A stretch of 64,000 nucleotides of DNA from Phycisphaerae bacterium (GCA_963666835.2 CAXXGO010000006.1:1344001-1408000), one strand, 5' to 3'; numbered from the stretch's first letter, positions 19,918 to 28,788 are shown. Numbers and translations: made by a program. Notes: a model not told the origin generated them from the sequence alone.

Positions 19918-20819
19918 AACCACTAGACTCTACGAATACTGATCCCCTGAGTCGCGCCCGGCTTTCGCTGGAAGGCCTTGCGCTCGGCGATGCTTTCGGC
20001 GAGTGCTTCTTTGATCCGTCACTGACCGAATCTCTCGCTAAGCGGGAGTTGCCCGAAGGACCTTGGTTCTACACCGACGACACGATGATGGCCTGGAGCA
20101 TTGTGGATGTGCTGGCCGAGCATGGGTGCATCGATCAGGACCGGCTTGCTCAGCTCTTTGCCGACAGGTTTCGAAAGCAGCCGAATCGTGGGTATGGTGC
20201 AGCAGCCATCGGGCTGTTGGAGCGCGTGGCCACCGGATTCGACTGGCGCAGTGAAGCTCCCCGCCTCTTCGGTGGCGATGGGTCGATGGGGAATGGCGGG
20301 GCCATGCGGGCGGCGCCCGTCGGTGCCTACTTTGCCGATGACCTCGACCGTGTTGTCTTCGAGGCGAAGGCTTCCGCTGCGGTCACGCATGCCCATCCGG
20401 AGGGTCGGGCCGGTGCGATTGCAGTCGCTGTGGCGGCGGCCATGGCCTGGCGCACGCGCGACGACTCAAACGAGGCGAGCAGCAACATCCTCAGGAAGGC
20501 TTACGACTCGACCCCCGATGGTCCGACTCGTGACGGCATCGGGCGGGCTATGGAAGTTGGTCAGGCAGCCAGAGCGCCAGACGTTGCCGTCGCACTGGGG
20601 AGTGGACAGAAACTCCTCGCATCCGACACGGTCCCTTACGCGATCTGGTGCGCGTGCCGTTATCTCGCCGACTTTAAGGAGGCATTGTGGAACACTGCCG
20701 CAGGCTTGGGCGACATTGACACTACTTGCGCGATGGTCGGTGGAATCGTGGCCCTGGCTGTCGGACAGGCTGGACTGCCAAGGGTGTGGCTGCGCCGCCG
20801 CGAGCCGCTGGAGGAATGA
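19914..20819 (+). CDS. ADP-ribosylglycohydrolase (DraG/ARH family)
   Basis: ALGDAFG, YTDDT, SMGNGGAMR, THAHPEG, GDIDTTCAMVGG. Confidence 0.93.
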   Translation: MKPLDSTNTDPLSRARLSLEGLALGDAFGECFFDPSLTESLAKRELPEGPWFYTDDTMMAWSIVDVLAEHGCIDQDRLAQLFADRFRKQPNRGYGAAAIGLLERVATGFDWRSEAPRLFGGDGSMGNGGAMRAAPVGAYFADDLDRVVFEAKASAAVTHAHPEGRAGAIAVAVAAAMAWRTRDDSNEASSNILRKAYDSTPDGPTRDGIGRAMEVGQAARAPDVAVALGSGQKLLASDTVPYAIWCACRYLADFKEALWNTAAGLGDIDTTCAMVGGIVALAVGQAGLPRVWLRRREPLEE

Positions 20820-20825
20820 GACCAC

Positions 20826-21593
20826 ATGCCTATACCGCATGCCGCAAAGCTCCGAGCCATAGTCACCGAACAGCCTTACCCGCTGCTGTTTGTGACGGTC
20901 AGCGGTGCGCACCTGTATGGGTTTGCGTCGGAGGATTCCGACTATGACCTCCGTGGGACGCATGTTCTGCCGGTGCACGAGGTCGTCGGCCTCGCAGAGC
21001 CGCGAGAAACCGTGGAATACTACGGAGACCGGGACGGACTGGAACTCGACTTGGTCACGCATGACATCAAGAAGTTCCTTCTGTTGATGCTCAAGCACAA
21101 CGGTTACGTTCTCGAACAGCTCTACTCTCCGCTCGTCCTGCACACGACTCCTGAGCATGACGAGTTGAAGCGAATCGCAAAGGAATGCATTACGCGCCAT
21201 CACGCCCATCACTACCTCGGCTTTGCAGGGAGACAATGGGTCCTGTTCGAGAAAGAGGAGCCCAGGCGGGTCAAACCGTTGCTCTACGTGTATAGGGTGC
21301 TTCTGACCGGGATTCACTTGATGCGTACCGGTCGCATCGAGGCAAATCTGGTGACCTTGAACGATGAATTCCGGTTACCGTATATCGACGAACTGGTCTC
21401 GGCAAAGCTCGAGGGCAAAGAGCGATGTACCCTCGAGGATGCGGACTTGGCTCTGCACCAACGCGAGTACGAGCGGTTGCTGGACGAGTTGATGCAGGCT
21501 CACGAAGATAGCTCACTGGCCGAAACGACCATCGGACGGGGCGCCCTCGACGACCTGCTGAAACGACTCAGGCTGGCATCTTATGAAGGTTGA
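20826..21593 (+). CDS. Second RlaP/YcgL-family nucleotidyltransferase
   Basis: SGAHLYGF.S.DSDYDLRG, NGYVLEQL, KPLLYVYRVLLTGIHL. Confidence 0.9.
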   Translation: MPIPHAAKLRAIVTEQPYPLLFVTVSGAHLYGFASEDSDYDLRGTHVLPVHEVVGLAEPRETVEYYGDRDGLELDLVTHDIKKFLLLMLKHNGYVLEQLYSPLVLHTTPEHDELKRIAKECITRHHAHHYLGFAGRQWVLFEKEEPRRVKPLLYVYRVLLTGIHLMRTGRIEANLVTLNDEFRLPYIDELVSAKLEGKERCTLEDADLALHQREYERLLDELMQAHEDSSLAETTIGRGALDDLLKRLRLASYEG

Positions 21594-21861
21594 AGTTCAT
21601 TGCGTTGGCACAGAACCGGTTTAGCATAGTTGCCCCGCACAACAAGACCACACTGACCGGGTACTCAACCCGCGACAGTCGTGCGACGAACCGGCTTTTT
21701 CCACTTCAACGACGTTTGAGTATCGGACCTGAATAGCCCGCATCCCGGGGCGGTCGTTTGCCCCGAGTATGGGTGAATCCTAGAGTTTAATAGGGCGATC
21801 CATGTGTCTGGTGCCGGTGTAAACGCGGGAATCCGTGGATTCCGCGCGCAACCATGGAGCT

Positions 21862-22416
21862 ATGCCGATGATGCAGATCAACAACGATCATCCGCTCAGG
21901 CGTCACTTCGCCGGACTCATCGAGAACGCGTTCTACGCCGAGATCGGACTCTGCGATCCGGCGCTGACCGGGTACCTGGCCGACCTGCTGGTGAGCTTCA
22001 CTCGGGCGGATCGACTCAATGCCGTGCTGAATGCTCGCGGCAAGCAGATTGAGCAAGTGGCCGCTCTGCTGCTGGTCCTGTCAGACGACGCTCCGCCCAG
22101 CGGGCCGGACCGCGATCGAACTCTCTATCGGAACATCGGGGACTACGCCCTGTTTTGGGCGGGAGTCTATCCGGAGCAGCTCCGCCAAGCGCGGCGCCGG
22201 GCCTCCGACATCCTGCTGGACTACGTCGTCCAGGGGAAGCGTTCTTACGCCATCGCATCCGAGCTGACGGCCGAGAACGACGCCCCCCCGGCCTCGCTGT
22301 TTCGGCACCTCAGCGATGATTTCGAATCGTGCCTCCACGGGCTAGGCCTGGTGAGGCGAGAACTGGAAGATCCCGGCTCGAACCGCTTGGATTCCGGCGG
22401 CGATCTGATCTTCTGA
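21862..22416 (+). CDS. Conserved hypothetical protein (planctomycete type)
   Basis: Coding-like ORF with GGAG RBS; motifs YLADLL, RNIGDYALFWAGVYPE, GKRSY.IAS. Confidence 0.75.
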   Translation: MPMMQINNDHPLRRHFAGLIENAFYAEIGLCDPALTGYLADLLVSFTRADRLNAVLNARGKQIEQVAALLLVLSDDAPPSGPDRDRTLYRNIGDYALFWAGVYPEQLRQARRRASDILLDYVVQGKRSYAIASELTAENDAPPASLFRHLSDDFESCLHGLGLVRRELEDPGSNRLDSGGDLIF

Positions 22417-22754
22417 CGGAATCGGCGGTTTGATCCTCTGGGGACCGCCGCCGGGTCCTGTCTGGAACTTGTCTGGGCTTACTCCGGGCTATCTCTGGGC
22501 TTTCTCCGGGGCCGTGCTCCGCGAGGTTCTTCAGGCCGACAATCAGCGTAACGTTCAAGTTCTTCAGGCGATAATCAGCGTGGCGTTCGAGCCGGGGCTC
22601 CAGCCCGCGCTGCAGCCCGGGCCGTCCATCCAAGGCGTGCAGTCAGGACTTATTACGGGCGATTCCGGGTGAGTTTGAAAACAAGTCTTGACCTGTGCGT
22701 CCCGATCGATAGAGTGCCCTCTTGCCCTGCTCGGATAGAGGGCAAAACAGCTAT

Positions 22755-22827
22755 TCCCCGATAGCTCAATTGGTAGAGCGAGCGGCTGTTAACCGCTAGG
22801 TTATAGGTTCGAGTCCTATTCGGGGAG
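22755..22827 (+). tRNA. tRNA-Asn (GTT)
   Basis: Acceptor stem TCCCCGA/TCGGGGA, D-arm TAGCTCAATTGGTAGAGC, anticodon loop CTGTTAA, T-arm GGTTCGAGTCC; CCA not encoded. Confidence 0.97.
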
Positions 22828-22870
22828 CTTAAATTTTAACGGGGTATTTCCCCGACCTAACAGTTAACGG

Positions 22871-22903
22871 AAAGCCCCGGAGCGAAAGCCACCGGGGCTT
22901 TTT
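22871..22903 (+). terminator. Intrinsic terminator after tRNA-Asn
   Basis: AAAGCCCCGG-loop-CCGGGGCTTTTT. Confidence 0.8.
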
Positions 22904-23134
22904 CGTAACCTATTGGAACCAAAGGGTTATGGCCAGTTTCGAACGACAACCCGATTCTCTGTTTCGCAAGAGACCAACTGGGGTCCAAGAGCAACCATCA
23001 TGGTTGCTTTCGACAGTGCGAAAATCTGGCCGCGAACTCTCGGACTCTCTCGTGAACAGATCGAACCGGGTTAACAGCCGGGTTGCTTTCGGACCCCGCA
23101 GCGTTTTCGAACTCTTTGGCGAACGAGGCCCGGC

Positions 23135-23674
23135 ATGACTCCATCCCAGCCCAACGAAGCGCCTCGCGCCCTGATTCTGGCCGGCCCCAACGGCTCGGGC
23201 AAGACCACCTTCGCCACGGAATTTCTCACGGCCGAAGGTCACTGCCCGACATTCCTCAACGCGGACCTGATCGCCGCTGGTTTGTCCCCATTTGCCCCGG
23301 AAAAGGCCAACATCACCGCCATGCGACTGATGGCCGAACGTATTCGTGAGTGTGTCGATCAGCGGCTGGATTTCTCCGTCGAATCGACGCTGGCCGGTCG
23401 AACCTACGCCAATCTGATCCGTGAATGGAAACAGGTCGGCTACGTCGTGAAGATCGTTTTCCTACGACTGGATTCTCCGGAGATGGCCGTTGCGCGTGTT
23501 CAGCATCGGGTTCGCATGGGCGGGCACAACATTCCTGAACCGGTCATCCGACGGCGATTTGAACAGGGCTGGTCGAACTTTCAGAACACCTACAAGGCAC
23601 TGGTGGATAGCTGGCAGGTCTACGATGCAACCAAGACCCCGCCGGTGCTCATCGACGAAGGAGGCCAGGCATGA
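23135..23674 (+). CDS. Zeta-toxin-like P-loop ATPase/kinase
   Basis: AGPNGSGKTT, FLNADLIA, ESTLAG, RVRMGGHNIP. Confidence 0.9.
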   Translation: MTPSQPNEAPRALILAGPNGSGKTTFATEFLTAEGHCPTFLNADLIAAGLSPFAPEKANITAMRLMAERIRECVDQRLDFSVESTLAGRTYANLIREWKQVGYVVKIVFLRLDSPEMAVARVQHRVRMGGHNIPEPVIRRRFEQGWSNFQNTYKALVDSWQVYDATKTPPVLIDEGGQA

Positions 23675-23868
23675 TGAATTGGTCAGACAAGAATAAAGAC
23701 ATGGCTGGTACGCAGGCGGCAATGCTTCGCGCCACGCGCAAGGCGATCAGCGAAGCCAAGCTGCGCGGCGAACTCGTTCCCCAATGGCGCGATGGCAAAG
23801 TCGTCTGGGTGCGCCCGGAAGAGGTCGAATTGCCCCCGGCACAAGAGGGCCAGTCACCGGAGAGATAG
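23671..23868 (+). CDS. Small partner protein of the zeta-like ATPase (putative antitoxin)
   Basis: ATGA overlap with the ATPase; short protein ending WRDGKVVWV.PEE. Confidence 0.75.
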   Translation: MMNWSDKNKDMAGTQAAMLRATRKAISEAKLRGELVPQWRDGKVVWVRPEEVELPPAQEGQSPER

Positions 23869-23877
23869 GATGCAGCC

Positions 23878-24828
23878 ATGACAGTCGATTTGCAGCCGTG
23901 GGCGAAGTCTTTGAAGGCGTTCTCTGACTGGATCAATGTTAAGAACCAGACTGCTGGCAAGGCTTGGTTGCGAAGACTCAAATCAAACCAGTCCGAGCAA
24001 GTTGAGAGTGCTATTGCTGAAGCTGTCGTCTGGGATTTCATTGGATGTCGCTGTGATTCGACTTGCTTGAATGATGCACCAGGCACGGGCGGGATCGATT
24101 TCGAATTCATCGTTAATGGTCACAGTTTCCTCGTTGAAGTGACCAATATTTCAACCGAGGCCGCGTCAGCCGCGAGCGCTATGCCGGACAAAGACCGTTT
24201 TTCCGGATTCTACCGTTTGCTCACGAGAAATATTCGGCAGAAGATTAGAGGCAAGCTGAAGCAGGCGCGATGCCAATCGGATCATCCCCTACTTGTAGCG
24301 GTAACAACACTGCACTGGAATGCTAGTCGCGCGTGCATCAGCCGGACAGCAGTTGAGTTTGCGATGGGGTCGCCACCGAAAATAACGCGCAAGTTCAACC
24401 CGAATACGGGTGCAGTCGAAGGGAACCTCTACCAGTCCACGGACCTGAGCCAGTCGGTGTTTCTCTCGCCGCGGCCAGTGAACGGGCCGAACGGTTTGTC
24501 GATCGCGCAAGCGAAATACCAACCGATTTCTGGATTTCTCGTTGGCGGCTTTGGTCTCGACCCCAAGAATGTTTGTGTCTTGGGCGCGCTCAATCCTGAA
24601 GCATCCCAACCGTTTGATTCTGTCATGCTTCCGGATATCCCGTTCTGCTCATTTCGAGAGTGGCCGGTGACAACGGAGATGGGTTTTAGTTGGACCATAA
24701 CAGAGGCCGAGGAGCGAGATCGCCAACAGCAGGCTGCTGAACAGCGTCTTCGCGCTTCAGGATACGGCGAATTTCTGGACGCCATACGCAAGGAGATTGA
24801 GCGTCAATCCGGGAGATGCGGAGACTGA
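23878..24828 (+). CDS. Hypothetical protein, possible PD-(D/E)xK nuclease fold
   Basis: 316-aa ORF, visibly more AT-rich than neighbours; E...GIDFEF...FLVEVT pattern. Confidence 0.65.
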   Translation: MTVDLQPWAKSLKAFSDWINVKNQTAGKAWLRRLKSNQSEQVESAIAEAVVWDFIGCRCDSTCLNDAPGTGGIDFEFIVNGHSFLVEVTNISTEAASAASAMPDKDRFSGFYRLLTRNIRQKIRGKLKQARCQSDHPLLVAVTTLHWNASRACISRTAVEFAMGSPPKITRKFNPNTGAVEGNLYQSTDLSQSVFLSPRPVNGPNGLSIAQAKYQPISGFLVGGFGLDPKNVCVLGALNPEASQPFDSVMLPDIPFCSFREWPVTTEMGFSWTITEAEERDRQQQAAEQRLRASGYGEFLDAIRKEIERQSGRCGD

Positions 24829-24835
24829 CCGCTCC

Positions 24836-25125
24836 ATGGCCACTCAATCTTCAATCCGCTACGCCATCTATACTCGCCAATCGAAACAAGGGCTTGCCGA
24901 CTTTTCCTCCTGCCAAGCCCAGTTCCACACCTGTCAGGAATACGCCAAGCAATCCGGGGACCCCTCACTCTACTGGACCGGACAGCACTTCGAAGATGAA
25001 GGCTACTCGGGTTCGACGCTTGATCGACCGGGAATGCGCAGGCTCCGCAAGGTGATCGACCTCGGCGCACTCGACCGAGTCTATGCCGTCGCTTTCGACC
25101 GCATCACACGCAACATGCATAATGC
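24836..25125 (+). pseudogene. Truncated serine recombinase (N-terminal catalytic domain only)
   Basis: YAIYTRQS, DEGYSGSTLDRPGM, DRITRN; homology ends at the GAAAACCGGG repeat tract. Confidence 0.85.
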
Positions 25126-25129
25126 GGAT

Positions 25130-25206
25130 GAAAACCGGGGAAAACCGGGCGAAAACCGGGGGCGAAAACCGGGGACGGCGAAAACCGGGGACAGTCACCT
25201 ATTTAC
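25130..25206 (+). repeat. Five GAAAACCGGG copies leading into a GGGGACAGTCACCTATTT REP-like end
   Basis: Copies start at 25130, 25140, 25151, 25164 and 25180. Confidence 0.85.
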
Positions 25207-25244
25207 CGGGTCCTTTCGGCATGACCGTCGTATCTTCTCCGCTG

Positions 25245-25380
25245 GCGCGCGGCGTCCTAAGGCGGCCCACGGGTAGGGGGCGGAGCCGACGGTTCAGCTT
25301 ATGTTCAAGCTTACTCAAGAACGAGTCGGTGGCCAGCGGTCGTCCACGGTAGGTGCATGTGCGCAGCTTGGCGGAGTCGT
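25245..25380 (-). mobile_element. C-terminal fragment of a REP-associated tyrosine (Y1/HUH) transposase
   Basis: GRPLATDSFLSKLEHKLNRRLRPLPVGR resembles RAYT C-termini; next to the REP-like end. Confidence 0.65.
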
Positions 25381-25386
25381 TCGGGG

Positions 25387-25518
25387 AAGGCACAAGCGCC
25401 CGTGGTTCGGTTCGAAGGCATGCCGGGCGAGTTCAGCCAGCACGACTTCGGTAGCGTGAGTGTTGTATACGGCGACGGCACGAGCGAGAAGGTGCACTTC
25501 TTCGCCTCGCGCCTAAAA
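25387..25518 (+). mobile_element. Internal fragment of an IS21-family IstA transposase
   Basis: VVRFEGMPGEFSQHDFG...KVHFFASRLK. Confidence 0.75.
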
Positions 25519-25794
25519 GCCGGCGGCCCCTTCTTGGCGATACTTCGCGACGCTGCGGAGAACGCTATTCTTGGAGACTCCGAAAGTCCGGACAATCTGG
25601 GCCTGGGTGCACGCGCCTTGACAACAAAGTTGTGCGGTGAACATGCGAAAGGACTGACGATCGCCCGGCGGATGCTGGAAGACGGGCTGGACGCCACAGA
25701 AGTAGGTCCACTGCTGGTCTTCACGGACCACGCTGATCAGGTCGTTGATCTGGGTGGCCCCATGCGGGATCATCGGTAATAATGCTTGTGGCAT
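25513..25794 (-). mobile_element. N-terminal HTH fragment of a putative transposase
   Basis: MPQALLPMIP...PVFQH...SFRMFTAQL...QAQIVRTFGVS..SV.R.V.KYRQEG..GF; truncated at the IstA fragment. Confidence 0.6.
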
Positions 25795-26333
25795 CGTGGT
25801 ACCTTCTTCCTGAGAACCGCCAAAGAACTCCGGTTGAAGGTACCACCTTATTTTCCTCCTCGCTCGCACCGGCGAGCTACGCCAATTCTCTCTAAACCAC
25901 GGCTATCAAAGCGAATTCTTCCCGCGAGCCGGCAATCAGCGAAGACCCGAGATCAGGTGGTCTGATGTTGAAGTCAGGAAGACGCTGCTGCCGAAGCGAA
26001 CCACGCCCGAGTGAACCTCCCGGTTGTGATGTCGCCGTTGCTATGTGCAACGATCGTCTACGCCGGGTGTCGCATTATGCAAGCCTTTTGGTCGGGGCCA
26101 GCCGTTCCGGGGAGCTCTGTAAAACATGGAAAATCAATAGTTTAAGCCATATTCGGTCGTTGCGGCGATCCGGTGGCGCGTGCTTTGCTCGTATTGTCGT
26201 AGGCGAGGGCGAATGTCTAAGCCTGGGACGCGAGGGTGTTGCCGGTGCTTGACGTGTGGCGGGGCACTCCTTTTCGTAGTGAGCGTCGAGATGAACGCAG
26301 GAGGTTGCGTGACGCGAAGCGAGGAAGAGAGAT

Positions 26334-26516
26334 ATGTCTATCTTGAAAAGGCTATTCGGCCGCCGGCCGCCGGAAGAGGCCGCCCACCTCGGCCGCAACG
26401 ACCCCTGCTGGTGCGGCAGCGGTAAGAAGTACAAGAACTGTCATTACGAGACGGACAGGAAGTACTTCGCTCGTTCTCTGAAGACCACCTGCAACGGCCC
26501 GGCGTGAAGTCGCTAA
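26334..26516 (+). CDS. Small SEC-C zinc-motif protein; candidate selenoprotein (57 aa if UGA 26505 is stop, 60 aa if read as Sec)
   Basis: Below ORF-track cutoff. [45 protein letters not shown]...[16 protein letters not shown]. Confidence 0.8.
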
Positions 26517-26540
26517 ACGAGGTGAGTGTCACCTCTGCGA
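26508..26540 (+). promoter_or_regulatory. Candidate bacterial SECIS element
   Basis: 11 nt after TGA, a 17-nt hairpin GAGGTGA-GTG-TCACCTC, with lower pairing TCGC/GCGA. Confidence 0.5.
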
Positions 26541-26624
26541 AATCGCTGGCCAGGAACGGATGCGGGCATACCGCAACGGCGTGCCCACCGCGATCTTACC
26601 CGTTGTGCGAAAGGAAGGACGTTC

Positions 26625-27296
26625 ATGCGAATAGCAATCACGGCAACTGAGCCGACATTGGATGCCGCCGTTGATCCGCGCTTTGGCCGCTGCCCATATT
26701 TCCTGATCGTTGATGTGGACGATCTGACTTTTGATGCGGTGGAGAATCCCAGTATAACACTCGGTCAAGGCGCTGGTATCCAATCGGCCCAACTTATGGC
26801 CGAGAAGGGCGTTACATCCGTTTTGACCGGCAATTGCGGGCCCAACGCGCATCAGACTCTCTCGGCAGTTGGTATTGAGGTGATCGTCGGGTGTAGCGGC
26901 GTCGTAAGAGACGTGATCGAGCGGTTCAAGACCGGGCAGTTCAGCGCCGCCAGTCAGCCGAACGTTGCCGGCCATTCGGGCATGGGCGGTATGGCTCAAG
27001 GCCAACCTGGCCCGACCCAACAGCCTCCGATGCCGGGAGGCGGCGGCGGTGGCCGCGGGATGGGGAGAGGTCGCGGCATGGGCATGGGTATGGGCATGGG
27101 CCGCGGTGGCGGTCGTGGAATGGGCATGGGTAGGGGCGGTGGTCCGCCGGGGCCCGATCCGGCTACCATGCGGCCGCCGGGGCAGAGCGTCGGCAAGGAG
27201 AGCGAGCTGGCCATGCTCAAGCGGCAGGCGGAGGCCATGGCCGAGCAAATGTCCGAGTTACAGCAGCGGATTCAGCAACTGGAGCAGGAGGGATAA
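26625..27296 (+). CDS. NifB/NifX-family (FeMo-cofactor-binding-like) protein with Gly/Arg/Met-rich DUF5320-like tail
   Basis: MRIAI...VDPRFGRCPYFLIV, GAGIQSAQ, TGNCGPNA; GRGMG repeats and coiled-coil end. Confidence 0.88.
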   Translation: MRIAITATEPTLDAAVDPRFGRCPYFLIVDVDDLTFDAVENPSITLGQGAGIQSAQLMAEKGVTSVLTGNCGPNAHQTLSAVGIEVIVGCSGVVRDVIERFKTGQFSAASQPNVAGHSGMGGMAQGQPGPTQQPPMPGGGGGGRGMGRGRGMGMGMGMGRGGGRGMGMGRGGGPPGPDPATMRPPGQSVGKESELAMLKRQAEAMAEQMSELQQRIQQLEQEG

Positions 27297-27415
27297 CTGA
27301 ATCGCAGCGACGGTAGACGTGAAGATACGCACGCCCTGCGGGGAGCGGCGAGATTTGTTAGTGCCGCGCATTAGTCACATACCCGACGGGTTGATAATGG
27401 TGTGGAGAAACGTGG

Positions 27416-28762
27416 ATGAAAGAAACTGACATAGTTGTTGTAGGTGGAAGCGCAGCGGGCTTAACCGCGGCCCTTACTGCTCGACGTCATTACCCGAACA
27501 AGCGGGTCCTGGTCGTGCGGCGCGAAGACCAGGTCCTTATCCCGTGCGGCATTCCCTACATCTTCGGCACGCTGGGGGATTCGGCGAAGAACGTAATGCC
27601 GGACGCACCGTACGAGGCGAACAAGATTGAGTTGCTCAAGGCCGCGGCGACCGAACTGGATCGGGATAAGAAGATTCTCCACACGGACGGCGGCGACATC
27701 CGCTACGATCGCCTGGTGCTGGCGACCGGCTCCTTGCCGATCATGCCGCCGATTCCCGGGTTTGCTTTAGATGGCGTTTTCGCGATTCAGAAAGACGTTG
27801 ACTACTTGCAGAGTTTGCTCGAACGACTTCAAACTGCCAAGGACGTCGTGATCATTGGTGGCGGCTTCATCGGCATCGAGTTCGCCGATGAGATCAACAA
27901 GATGGGCAAGGCCAACATCACGGTTGTTGAGGTTGCGCCCCACTGCCTCAGCCTGGCTTACGATGACGAGTTCTGCATTGAGATGGAGGAGGTGCTCGTC
28001 TCTCGCGGGATTACGATTAAGACCGGCGCGAAGGTCGAGCATATTCAGGGTGAGACTCACGTTGAGTCGGTTTCGTTGTCCGACGGGGTTGAAATCAAGG
28101 CCGATGCCGTGATTCTGGGCATCGGCGCCGTAGCGAACGTCGAGCTGGCGAAAAAGGCGGGCTTGCGCATCGGGCTGACCGGCGGAATCGCAGTGGACCA
28201 GACGATGCTGACCTCCGATCCGGCGATCTTCGCTTGTGGCGACTGTGCCGAGAAGATCTCGTTTTTTGGCGGTCGGCCGTCCGGCCTGAAGCTGGCCTCC
28301 ATTGCTCAAACGGAGGCTCGGATCGCCGGGGCAAACTTGTTCGGTCTTGAACGGCAAAACCCAGGGACGGTCGGAGCGTGGTCAACCTGCGTGGGCGACT
28401 TTGCGCTCGGCACCGCGGGTCTGACAGAGGCGATGGCCAGGCAACGGGGCTACAACGTCGTGACCGCGACCGTTGAAGGACCCAATCGGCACCCGGGCGG
28501 CATGCCGGGCATGGTCAAGACGAAGATGAAAGCGGTCTTCGAGGCGCACAGTGGTGTCATATTGGGAGCCCAGGTTCGGGGCGATACGGCAACAGGTGAG
28601 ATGATCAACGCCGTCTCGGCTTGTGTGCAGAGGCGGATGACCGTTGAGGACATTGCGATCTTCCAAATCGGTACCCATCCGGCGCTTACGGCGTCGCCGA
28701 TCGTATATCCGCTTGTGAATGTCGCAGAGTTGGCGATCAGTAAGATGCGCGACCGGGACTGA
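27416..28762 (+). CDS. FAD-dependent pyridine nucleotide-disulfide oxidoreductase (NADH oxidase/CoA-disulfide reductase family)
   Basis: GGSAAG, single redox Cys PCGIPY, LATGS, GGGFIGIE, IFACGDC. Confidence 0.92.
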   Translation: MKETDIVVVGGSAAGLTAALTARRHYPNKRVLVVRREDQVLIPCGIPYIFGTLGDSAKNVMPDAPYEANKIELLKAAATELDRDKKILHTDGGDIRYDRLVLATGSLPIMPPIPGFALDGVFAIQKDVDYLQSLLERLQTAKDVVIIGGGFIGIEFADEINKMGKANITVVEVAPHCLSLAYDDEFCIEMEEVLVSRGITIKTGAKVEHIQGETHVESVSLSDGVEIKADAVILGIGAVANVELAKKAGLRIGLTGGIAVDQTMLTSDPAIFACGDCAEKISFFGGRPSGLKLASIAQTEARIAGANLFGLERQNPGTVGAWSTCVGDFALGTAGLTEAMARQRGYNVVTATVEGPNRHPGGMPGMVKTKMKAVFEAHSGVILGAQVRGDTATGEMINAVSACVQRRMTVEDIAIFQIGTHPALTASPIVYPLVNVAELAISKMRDRD

Positions 28763-28788
28763 CCACTTTCGATGAAGGGAGAGCCTCG

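Noticed and set aside
15340..21593. Possible integron cassette array of short accessory genes
   Set aside because: No attC-like RYYYAAC...GTTRRRY structures between the genes and no integron integrase seen.
25130..25206. GAAAACCGGG repeats as a CRISPR array or iterons
   Set aside because: Units are 10 bp with 0-6 bp spacers; no cas or rep gene.
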